A stretch of 64,000 bases of DNA from the human T2T-CHM13v2.0 reference genome, Homo sapiens. A program made the position numbers and the translations under genes. Under the pieces are notes generated by a model that did no database searches, was not told the DNA's origin, and saw only the letters and a list, made by a program, of their open reading frames with translations. Location of the stretch: assembly GCF_009914755.1 (NCBI RefSeq), contig NC_060933.1; one strand, written 5' to 3'. Positions 1 to 11,830 of this stretch are shown in pieces; the stretch's first letter is position 1, and each line of letters opens with the position of its first letter.

Positions 1-378
<378 letters not shown>

Positions 379-557
379 GAGAAGAATATAAAGATGATAA
401 AACACAATGTTCTAAAATTGGCTTTTTTTAGCAGCCTAGTGACCTGTTAAAACTTTTTATTATATCTTTTTATTCATGTCTTTATAGAGTGTCTACTAGT
501 AATGTGGTAAGGACTGTTACAGGTCCTGGTTATATACTGATCAATACATAGAATTTA

Positions 558-869
<312 letters not shown>

Positions 870-1479
870 GAAACCTAGTAGAGAAGGCAGTTTTGTATAC
901 CTCTTTTCACTTGGTGTTACATTATGAGCATTTCTTGTTTTCTTAACACTTTTCTAACTATGGTTATACAACTGTTGTGTCATTTATTTAATCAATCCTC
1001 AGGTTTTCTGTTTTTTACAGTTGAGCTGTGCTCAATTTTTTACTAACCTAAAGCTTGTATTTGTGTGTAAATCTTGCCCACATCAATCTTTATTTCCTGA
1101 GACCAGAATCCTAGAATTAGAATTAATTAGGGTTCTTGATGTGCATTGCCAGATTGCTTTCCAGAAAGATATATTTTTAATAATGTAATATTTATAATAT
1201 TTCAAATGACTTTAAAAACCATAAAAGATAAATACATTTTTTTAATTGAGAAATTCAGAAAAGAGAAAAATAAGAGGAAGAGAAATCTTCTGGGTTTCTA
1301 ACATTTTAATATAAATGTTCTTTAGTTTTTCTTTCCTAAAAATATAGTTCTGGTCATAGAATACAGTAAATCTTTTGAAAAGAGTTTTTCATTACAATTC
1401 AATGGCTGCTAGCATGCAGAATTTGTTTCTAATCAGGTAGTTCAACTAATAGATCATAATAAACATTATAAAACATGAT

Positions 1480-2195
1480 GCCAGAAATGAATTGTTCATA
1501 TACATATCAACTTGAATGAATCTTGAGGGAATTATGCTGAGCGAAAAAATCTAATCCCAGAAGATTAATTCCATTTATATAATAGAAATGACAACAGGGC
1601 TGGGCTCTGTGGCTCACGCCTGTAATCCCAACACTTTGGGAGGCCAAGGAGGGTGGATCGCTTGAGCCCAGGAGTCCAAGACCAGCTTGAACAACATGGC
1701 GAAACCCCATCTCTGCAAAAAAATACAAAAATTTTCCTGGCATGGTGGGGTGCGTCTGTATTCCCAGCTACTCGGGAGGCTGAGGTGGGAGAATCGCTTC
1801 AGCCCAGAGGCAGAGGCTTCAGTGAGCCGTGATCACACCGCTGCATTCCAGTCTGGGTGACAGAGCAAGACTCTCAAAAAGAAAAAAAGTAAAATGACAA
1901 GAGTATGGAAATGGAGAATGGATTTGTGGTTAGAGATCGGGTTGAGGAGGAGGGGAAATAGCTGTAAAATAACAAAGTGAAGGGTTCCAGTGATGATGGA
2001 TATATTCTGCATCTTCACAGTATCAATGTCAATATCATGGTTGTGATATCAGTATGCTATAGTTTTACAAGATGTTATCATTGAAGGAAGTTGGGTAAAG
2101 GGTACGTGGAACCGTTCTACTATTTCTTACAACTGCATGTGAATTCACAATTACCTCTAAATTTTAAATTCAATTTTAAAACTGTGAATTTAAAA
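1480..2195 (+). mobile_element. Old L1 (L1M-type) 3' fragment interrupted by an Alu at 1598-1888
   Basis: L1M 3'UTR-like motifs (gaatcttgagggaattatgctgagcgaaaaa; caagatgttatcattg). Nested Alu has TSD aaatgacaa. Confidence 0.75.
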
Positions 2196-2669
2196 ATAAA
2201 AAAAAGACATCATTATGGGTTCCATTTCTATGGTACTCTAATAGTTTTTATGGAATGTGAATTAGATTTGTAAGGGACCTTAGCTCTTCTAGTTTAGTGA
2301 CTTGTAACATATGGTCACTGGCCAATAGGGTCCTAAAGGTAAGAATAGAGGTTTATAATCCAGTTTAAATATTTTTAAGTATTGATATTTGTCCTAATAA
2401 AGCTATCCCAAAACCCCTCAATCTCAAATTCCTTTGCTTCTGTGTGAAATTACTTTACTTCCATTTGGTAATATCTTTTCTCACACTAATTATATCTTCT
2501 AGTTGACAATTTATTTGACTTGGGTTAATAAAAATTGAGAATATGAATTATTACTTATAAATGCTATTTTATTTGTAAATAATATCTTTCAAAATGTAGG
2601 TTCTCTAGAGAAAGAGCATCATAAATGTTGCACTTATGATGGCAAGAAAAGAAAGGAAGGGAGAGAGGG

Positions 2670-2870
2670 AGAAACATTGCCAGGCATTGCATTAAATACT
2701 TTTAGAATGCTTATTTTAACAATCGTGGGATGTATGTATTGTTATGTCTCTTTTAAAGATGGAAAAACAGGCTCAGAATGGTTAAATGAACTTGCTTAGA
2801 GTTACAAAACTAAGTACTAATTCCGTAATTCAAATCTACATCTTTCTGACTCCAAAACTAGTTTCCTTTC
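2670..2870 (-). mobile_element. MIR fragment
   Basis: MIR core-like agatggaaaaacaggctcagaatggttaaatgaacttgc. Confidence 0.65.
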
Positions 2871-2952
2871 CTTCCTGCTTCCCACATCCTACCTAAAGCA
2901 TGAATCTCTTCTACTGCATTCCAATAATTTATCCTCTAGAACAGGAACGTCT

Positions 2953-3087
2953 ATTTTTTTTTCTTTTTTTTGAGATGGAATCTGGTTTTGTGCCCAGGCT
3001 GGTCTTGAAGTCCTGGGCTCAAGCAGTCCTCCTGCCTCAGCCTCCTGAGTAGCTGGGACTGTAGGTGTGAGCTGCCATGCCCAGCTA
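2953..3087 (-). mobile_element. Alu monomer (FLAM-like)
   Basis: T tract followed by a single reverse Alu arm. Confidence 0.85.
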
Positions 3088-3862
3088 GGGATCTCTTAAC
3101 TTCTAAAGTCATGCGCCCTATTAAGAAAAAAGTTTGATCACAGTTGTTCAATATATTTACATTTATTTATCAAATATTTATCAAATAAATGTAAATATTT
3201 ATATATATATAGCTGTTACTAATATATGTCTTATAAAGCATACGAAAGAAGACATTTTAAATGTATGAGAAATATAATAGAAGTCCCAGGTGATCCTGTT
3301 AAATACTCCCTAGGACGTGGGTATCTCCATCCATGTGGATCTCCATCCACCATGGAGATCACTGATATAGACCAGTACTTCTTGAGACATAGTCTTTATC
3401 AGCACCTGGGATACTTTTTAAATGCAAACTACTGGGCTTTATCATGGATCCAACCAACCAGACTCTGGGATTAGGGCCCAGGAATCTGCATTCTTAGCCT
3501 TTCTACAGTTTGAGAACCATTAATGTATCTGTTTGAATAAGTGCATAACACTCTTTCATTATATTTGGGAATAACTACTACATTTTTTTGGCTAAACATC
3601 ACTAATTGTTGAAGTTACCTCCTGCATGAGAATATCTAAACTTCCATCTCACCAGCTTTTTGTCTCAGCGTCTAGTTTGTTTGAGCCATACCTTTTTTCT
3701 ATAACTAACTTTACCATTTCAAAGGGGTTTAACTTTTAATGGCATGGTGAGAGCATGAAGAACCTCAGCCCTCCAAGAGGGTGAATGTGCAAGATTTGGA
3801 GAGTATAGGAAATAACTCACTCTAAAATTGAAACCAGGAGAGTGGAAGAAAATTGAAGTAAT

Positions 3863-4183
3863 GACCAGGCGCGGTGGCTCACACCTGTAATCCCAGCACT
3901 TTGGGAGGCCCTGGCGGGCGGATCACCTGAGGTCAGGAGATCGAGACCAGCCTGGCCAACATGGTGAAACCCTGTCTCTACTAAAAAATACAAAAAAAAA
4001 AAAATTAGCCAGGTGTGGTGACGAGCACCTGTAGTCCCAGCTACTTGGGAGGCTGAGGCGAAGAATTGCTTGAACCCAGGAGGTGGAGGTTGCAGTGAGC
4101 CAAGATCATGCCACTGCACTCCAGCCTGGGCAACAGAGCAAGACTCTGTCTCGAAAAAAAAAAAGAAGAAAAAGAAAAGAAAA
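3863..4183 (+). mobile_element. Alu (S family)
   Basis: Full dimer, TSD gaaaat(t/a)gaagtaat. Confidence 0.95.
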
Positions 4184-4185
4184 TA

Positions 4186-4278
4186 GAAGTAATTAACCAT
4201 CTATGGAAATAACCCCAGAAAATGAGAAAGAAAAAAAATGGAAGTAATTAACCATCTATGGAAATAACCCCAGAAAAT
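4186..4278 (+). repeat. Direct repeat, 38 bp x2, period 55
   Basis: gaagtaattaaccatctatggaaataaccccagaaaat at 4186-4223 and 4241-4278. Confidence 0.9.
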
Positions 4279-5727
4279 AAGTCACTATAAGAGAAGATTC
4301 ATAAGTGTGTTGCTACAAAAATGGTGGGGAGTCTTCCAAAGCTTGGGCAGACCCAGATTTGCTCCCTAGAAGCATCTGAGAGAGGGATCAATTTATAGCT
4401 TAACCAATGTATCATCTAATGCATTTTAACTCCGAGTTAAGATAATGGTGAATGAGAAATGCCTTGATGTTGATAAATATTGGAGAAAATGCCAAAGAAG
4501 AATTCATGGTCTGCCTATTATTCTTAATGCTAGACAAGAAGAGGCTGCCATGATTCTAGGGGTCTCTTTTTTCCCTTTACTTAAAGCCTTATACAAGACA
4601 AAATAAAGAGCTGGGAAAGAGTGTGTCTAGAATTCAGTAGAATCCATTACTGCTGTGGATCAATATCCAAATATTTCTGAGTTTTTATCTGAAAAGAGCA
4701 CTGGAGTTGACATCATAAGACCATTATATGAGTAGGATCTGTTCTTTTTTCCTACTTTTATGACCTTGACCTTGGATCTACTCTTTTTTTTCTACTCAGG
4801 TCGGGTGGCATCTGTAAGTGTGTTTCCAAGGCTATAAAATGGGATGATAATATTTGCCATAAACCATTCATAGGGTTATTGAAAAGCTGGAATAAAATGT
4901 ATTTTAAAAACCACAAAAAATTTAAAATGCTGCATGTGAAATAAGCATCAGAGTGGGTGGTTCTTGACAATAACTAAATTGGCTATTTCTTTTATTCTTT
5001 TAGCATGGATGTTTTTGGCAACCTCTTTCTTCACAGAGAGTCCAAATATACACTTCATGGCAAATTATATTTACCACATATTCTATGTGAAATAAAATAC
5101 GAAACACAGAAAAAGTTCTAAGACTATACATGTTTGTTGCAGCATTATTTATATCTGAAAACAATATAAATCTCTAACAGTAAGAGAATGGTTACATGTA
5201 TTTTAAATCACTCATAAAATGAAATTATGTAGCTGAGTAAATATGAAGCATTTATAATGATACTTCTATGTATATTAATGAAAAGCTTATAGTGATTTGT
5301 TTATATAATACTATTTCATATATGTGAAAATGCTTAGAAAAAATACATACCATTACACTGAAATATCACTTTTTTTCTGAGTGCTAAGAGTGTGTAAATT
5401 TTTTCTAAAATATGCATACATTTATCTTAAAAATTGCCACAGATTCTAAATAGATTAAGTTTTAGGGTGCAGCATAGCATTTGGAAAACTTAATTATGTT
5501 TAAACCAGAATCATTTAAAGTATGATTTTAAAATTTATATTATATGATAAGCATGTATAACTCTGGGTGTATATGAGAATATGTGGATTATATTTCCTCA
5601 TTTGAGATGGAATGGCCTCATGCAACCATCATTTATAAATAGTAGAATTTTAAGTCTGCAAATGGTGAAAAAAGAGTGGCTTTCTTCAGTAGGATATTAA
5701 ATATGATCTTTGTTCTCTCTGCTTCAG

Positions 5728-5964
5728 GTGCTGATAGTCTGCAGCACAGGTTTAGCTGGGATTATGCTGCTCAACTACCAGCAGGACTACACAGTATGGG
5801 TGCTGCCTCTGATCATCGTCTGCCTCTTTGCTTTCCTAGTCGCTCATTGCTTCCTGTCTATTTATGAAATGGTAGTGGATGTATTATTCTTGTGTTTTGC
5901 CATTGATACAAAATACAATGATGGGAGCCCTGGCAGAGAATTCTATATGGATAAAGTGCTGATG
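5728..5964 (+). CDS. SLC44A1: SLC44A1/CTL1 internal coding exon (79 codons, VLIVCSTG...MDKVLM)
   Basis: Pyrimidine tract + CAG acceptor (5725-5727), ATG|GTAAGT donor at 5965, 237 nt, phase 0-0. The translation has hydrophobic helices and the CTL-family motif [23 protein letters not shown], recognised as CTL1. Confidence 0.97.
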
Positions 5965-6789
5965 GTAAGTACTTCAAATGCCGTTTCCTATTTTAGGGAT
6001 AAAAATACCAATAAAAATATTTTGTAAAACATTCTCTATATTTAATTCACACTATATGCAACTGAGTAATTTAGAATTAACCCCATAGCACTGACTCATA
6101 AATGAGGTTAATCTAGGGTAAGTCAGGGAGGTCGGCTTCTTGGCATGGACAAGATCATTTCAGATCCACCTAGCTAGAGCAGTACTGGTTAATAGTCCTA
6201 AGTTCACCCTATTCTTGCTGCCCCTCTCTCTGTAGTTAGATAGATTTGAATTGACTTTTTAAACTAGCTTCTAGCCTTTTCCTGAAATGGGGCTCAAAGA
6301 CAAAATATCCTGTTTCCCAGGTCCTAGTGCCTACCTGTCTTTCTCTATCCACCACTGCCCCAAACATTACTGCTGTCAACCCTGGTTAAAACTCATTATC
6401 TTAAATATGGTAGGCCAAATTGAAAGCATTTTGTGATGAATACCGATAACAGACCCATGACTGGTAGAGTGTATAGTTATTTATTAGTCAAGATCTGAAC
6501 CTTTACACAGATATATGCAGATTTTTCATATTAGAACCTCAATTAAATTTCTTTAAAATTTTGAAAACCTTATTAAATGGTTTAAGTACTGTTATAATCA
6601 GTGTTAAATGTTACCAAAGTAAAGATGCTTTCTAAATAATAGTAGTTTGCTATTAAGCTGTGAAATATTTCTATCTCAAAATGGGTAATATTGAATACTA
6701 AGCATTATACATTGAAATAACAAGTCATTTTCCAGGAGCATATTTTATCCAGTTAAATCTAAAATAAGTGTATTAATAAATAAGCTAGA

Positions 6790-7085
6790 TTTTTTTTTTT
6801 TTCTTTTTGAGACGGAGTCTTGCTTTGTCACCCAGACTGCAGTGCAGTGGCATGGTCTTGGCTCTGCAACCTCTACCTCCCAGGTTCAAGCAGTTCTCCC
6901 TCAGCCTCCCAAATAGCTGGGATTACATGCATGTGCCACCACTCCTGGCTAATTTTTGTATTTTTAGTAGAGATGGGGTTTTACCATGTTGGCCAGGCCG
7001 GTCTTGAACTCCTGTCCTCAGGTGATCTGCCTGCCTCGGCCTTCCAAAATGCTGGGATTACAGGTGTGAGCCTCCATGCCCAGCC
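6790..7085 (-). mobile_element. Alu (S family)
   Basis: Reverse dimer, TSD ctagattttttt. Confidence 0.95.
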
Positions 7086-8026
7086 TAGATTTTTTTTTTC
7101 TTTTCAATAGCAAGAATTCCAAATGATTTAGCTGACCTATTTGGCACTGATTTTCTCTTTTTCTGGCAACATCAGCTAAATTGTGGACATTTTCTTAATG
7201 TCTAAACTAATTCTAACTGGTTATTTTCTTAATGGAATTTGATCATGATTATTGTATCTCTTTTGTGACTAAAGCATTTAGAAGAGTGTTACTGTTTTTT
7301 AAGTCACTGATCAAAAGCAGAGTAAAAAATAACTGTTTTCCACCCTTCAGTTTTCTCTGTAGGAATGGTGAGGATATTTAATGAAGAAGTTCCCCGTAAA
7401 CATTGACAGAATAGAAATGTTCCCTTTGGGCACATTCCCATTTCGACTACTACTAACCATAGGTTCTGGTTGATACACCCTGTCTTCCTGCTTCATGAAG
7501 TAATGTCATGGTCAGATTGACACTTTTTTTAAAAAGAGTAGTTTGTTTATGGTTTGGTTAAGAAAAAAAGCATTATGTGCTTAGCAGTATCAATGTGTTC
7601 TTTTACCTTCTATGGTTATTTAAAAGTGGAGGCTTATGGAGTAACGTGTTCTTGTTGTTTCATTTAACCTTGATATAGAAAAAAACAACAACAACAAATA
7701 AAATGATATTCTGAGTATGAGAAAATAGCCTCTTAAAAATGTTAGGTATTTTCTCTTCCAGGTAGAACTAACATTATCTCTTGGAGCCTTAGTAAGATTG
7801 TCACAATGAATGGATGGAAAGAAGATTTTTTTAATCAGCGAATTGCAGAGTCCATTTCTACAAATTTAGCAACTCTCATGTGTGATACTAAACATTATTT
7901 ATTGCTATGTTTTTAAGCCATCCATTTACCAAGATTGAGTCAAAAATGTAAATGTTCTTTAGAATTCATCTACTAACAAATCTGAAAGGACCCAAGAATT
8001 TATTCAATATGGTCCATATTTTGCAG

Positions 8027-8107
8027 GAGTTTGTGGAAAACAGTAGGAAAGCAATGAAAGAAGCTGGTAAGGGAGGCGTCGCTGATTCCAGAGAGCTAAA
8101 GCCGATG
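8027..8107 (+). CDS. SLC44A1: SLC44A1 penultimate coding exon ([27 protein letters not shown])
   Basis: ttttgcag acceptor ending 8026, ATG|GTAGGT donor at 8108, 81 nt, in frame with the previous exon. Matches the CTL1 C-terminal tail. Confidence 0.96.
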
Positions 8108-8317
8108 GTAGGTGGAGATGAGGAGGTGGCCGCCCTCCAAGAATTTCACTTTCACTTCCTCTCTCTCTCTGTCTTCACTGACTGCACTTCTTCAGGAGAA
8201 GCTTTTGTTATCTGTATCACGCAGGACATGCTGCTCTTTCTGTTTGTGTGCTTACCCATCACTTGGATGGCAGAATTCTTGTCACAACTGAGACCACCTT
8301 CTATAAAAGTAAGCTGA
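8108..8317 (+). CDS. SLC44A1: Putative intron-readthrough C-terminal extension (69 aa, [10 protein letters not shown]...PPSIKVS*)
   Basis: Frame stays open past the donor to TGA at 8315-8317 (ORF track 7952..8317). Whether it is expressed cannot be shown from sequence. Confidence 0.4.
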   Translation, partial: VGGDEEVAALQEFHFHFLSLSVFTDCTSSGEAFVICITQDMLLFLFVCLPITWMAEFLSQLRPPSIKVS

Positions 8318-9089
8318 AAGGAACAGCATCCTCGTCAGTGCTCGGCAGGGGCGGGTAGGGGATGATGGTTTTTTCCCTAAGGTAAAACTGCTGTTGCTCT
8401 TGTTTCCTTTTTAACTGTCAGTGTTTGGCTTTCATCAGACTGAACATTTTGGTGTACACTTGAACTGACGGTTTGATTTTTATCATTTTGGAAGGTGATC
8501 ATAGCAATTCCTTTCAACTTGCTAAAATTCATACTCCCCCTTTTAAAAGTATGGTTCTGCTTACATTGCTGTCCTTTTCCCTTGGCTGACTTTTTCTTCT
8601 GTTGCCTAGGTTGTACTTTCTTTGTTTCTTAAGCTATTTTTCAGTAGCAAACAAGGCTGTTTTCATCAATACCCACATTCCCACTCAGTAAGACAATCTA
8701 GTCTTCTCCCAGTTTAATTGTGAGATGGATAAATTATTTCTGGTAGTTGATATTATATATGTATATGTACACAAATATATCTCTCTACTCCACTTTTATT
8801 TGAAAAAAGCAGCTTAATGAGTGTAAGAGAACCTTGAGCTGCTTTTCACATGGATATTGTCACTATAGCATAGAAACAGATGCCTCTATCATATATTGGT
8901 CTAATTACTTCCTAATTTAAACACGTATTTTTTTAAATAGCATGTTTATTTTCAAATATTATATAATTGTCTGCATCCTTAAATAATTTTAAACAATGTG
9001 TCCCCTGACTGCATATAATGTTCAAAAGTGTGAGGTAAGGACTTTCCTTTCTGTCTTCTTTACACTTTAGTAAATGATTTGATTTATAG

Positions 9090-9291
9090 CAAGTTTGTCC
9101 AACTTGCTGCCTGTGGGCCGCATATGGCTTAGGAAGGCTTTCAACACAAATTCGTAAACTTTATTAAAACATGAGATTTTTTGCCTTTTTTTTTTTAAGC
9201 CCATCAGCTATCCTTAATGTATTTTATATGTGGCCCAAGACAATTCTTCTTCCAGGATGGCCTGGGGAAGCCAAAAGATTGGATACCCCTG
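9090..9291 (-). mobile_element. MER30 (hAT-Charlie MITE)
   Basis: Termini caagtttgtccaa...ttggatacccctg, 8-bp TSD attt(a/g)tag. Reverse complement of the copy at 21459. Confidence 0.85.
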
Positions 9292-9345
9292 ATTTGTAGG
9301 TTTTCAACTTTAAAATATATGCTATAAAATAAGTTCATTTAAGTA

Positions 9346-9723
<378 letters not shown>

Positions 9724-11663
9724 TTAATTAAGAGTAAAGGAAATAGGTTTATTTTTGGAGGGAGGCAGGGAGGCTATATGTATATTCAAACTAATCGCAT
9801 ATTCAACCTAAGTTAAAGCCTCAATAAAATATTTAGATATAAAACCTTTCCTCTGTAACCCTTTCCAGTGCCTATTTTGGTGTTACTCTTACTTAATAGC
9901 ATGAATAATTATAAAATCAAATTTAAATGTTTAGAATCCCAGAGCACAGATCACTCTAGTACCCACATAGCTCTGAATTTTAAGTTTGCATCACCTAGAC
10001 ATGATTGCTTGGGCAGATGGAGGCACACCAGTAATCTTCCCATCAGGTTCCATGCCTGCCCTCCACACCTTTCTGTATCCCTCTTATTTCACAAAGGCTG
10101 AGGAGGGCAGCAGTGGAGATTCTGCCAACCCTATGGCAACATGGAGAAATGAGGAAGGCTTCCTTCCTTCTACTGCTTGGAGGTCCTAATTGTTCAGCAA
10201 ATCGATTCTAAGCCCAAAACTTAACAAGACATATGAAATCTTAAAATATAAACCAAGCTTTTCCCCCTTTTCTGTCTTTCTAGTGATTGAAGCTTTCATT
10301 ACATCATTCAGTAATAAGCATTTAAAGAAAGGGAGAAATATTTCGAGGTTGAAGACTAGGTAATGTGGCCATGAGTTGGCACAGATTTCTATAGTATTCT
10401 TTAATGAATGGTAGATGAATTGTAGTAGATCAGAATGCAAGTATACTTTCCTTACCTAAACTCCTAATTTATAGGTAATAATCCTGGGAGAATTGCCCAG
10501 GTTATGTGGCATTCTACCAGATGCCAAATATTTTAGAAAGAGTTGTTTCCTATTAGTATTTTCAGTTTTGAAATAGTGTCCCTTACTTCAAACAATGCAT
10601 TAAAATCTTTATTTAATTTTTGCTTTCATTTTATGCTGTTCATCAGTTCATTGCTTGCAGATTAATGGCAAAAACCCTCTGCTGCATCCCAAAATACATC
10701 TTCTATGTGCATTGTTCTGGTGCTTTGGACATTGTAGCATTGGGTCCCTAAGAATGATGTTTTAAATGGTTAAAAAGTTCCCAGAAGACAAGTGTGAAAT
10801 GCTGCTCACAGAGTAGTTTTATTTTTTCAGCACCTTAGTACCTTCTTTATTTCTCTTCCATAGTATGCATGATTAGAGTTGGCCCCTACTAACACCATTC
10901 CTTTGCATGTGTTTCTAAAAAAGTATTTCAGAAATTTCTACTGAAAGTTTGGGGATTGATAGAATTTAGGATTGCTTATTTGTATTTGCTTGATATAATT
11001 CACATATTGTTGCTGTAGATGAAAGTTCTATAAAAGAGCATCATGCCTATTTTGCATTAGCTCTAGAAACATTGCTGCTGTTTGAATTCACTATCTTCCT
11101 CCCTCCTCAATGAGATATTTTAATTTAGGCTTCATTTTTAGCCTATAAAATAATGTTCAGTAAAATGAGGTTTTATGTTTTCCTTTTGACAGCAGATCAT
11201 TGAACTAAACATGAGAACTTCCGGTTTTGTTCTTGAACTTTTCCCTGAGAGAGGCTCGCTAGTTAAGGAAACTTTAAAGATTTATGAATTTTTTTATGAT
11301 TCTCTGAAAGTGATTTTGGAAAAATGTACCAAAAGTGATGAAGAGGTTTAGGAAAGAGATTTTCTGACTGTCTGCTTGCTATCATATAGGAAAGAACTTA
11401 AAGAGAAAAGGGAGGAAAAATCCTAGACACTGTAGGAACATGGGCCAGAGAAGTATGCTCTGTGTATCTCAGAGATGATCCTGGATAAAGTGTGACTTTC
11501 AACATTCATAAGAATTTCAGCTCCAGGAATTCAGGGGAGAAGGATTCTCAGTCCATTTTGCTGTCTTGCTGTTTGTGACCATGTGTATATTTGTAACATC
11601 ATTCATGATCTCCTTTTAATGGTAATTGTCTAAGATTATACTCTGTATGACTTTGTTTTCTAG

Positions 11664-11687
11664 GCTTCGGGAGCAAGTTCTGCTTGA
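11664..11687 (+). CDS. SLC44A1: SLC44A1 proximal terminal exon, coding part ASGASSA* (CTL1a C-terminus)
   Basis: ctttgttttctag acceptor ending 11663, then GCT TCG GGA GCA AGT TCT GCT TGA in phase 0. Recognised CTL1a end. Confidence 0.94.
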   Translation, partial: ASGASSA

Positions 11688-11747
11688 ACCTAGCCGACGG
11701 TTATGGAAACCCATTGACATTCCAAAACAATATATACACATAACTAT

Positions 11748-11830
11748 GTATTTGTGTGTGTGGGTGTGTGTATATATGTATATGTATGTGTGTATATATG
11801 TATATGTATATACACACACACACATAAATC
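11748..11830 (+). repeat. Compound (TG)/(TA)/(CA) microsatellite in the 3'UTR
   Basis: Seen directly. Confidence 0.9.

Noticed and set aside
4186-4278. CRISPR-like repeat-spacer-repeat appearance
   Set aside because: Only two copies, in a eukaryotic intron with no cas genes. It is a simple tandem duplication.
11685-11693. Stop-codon readthrough at TGA ACC TAG
   Set aside because: Context is UGA-A, not UGA-CUAG, and a second stop follows after one codon.
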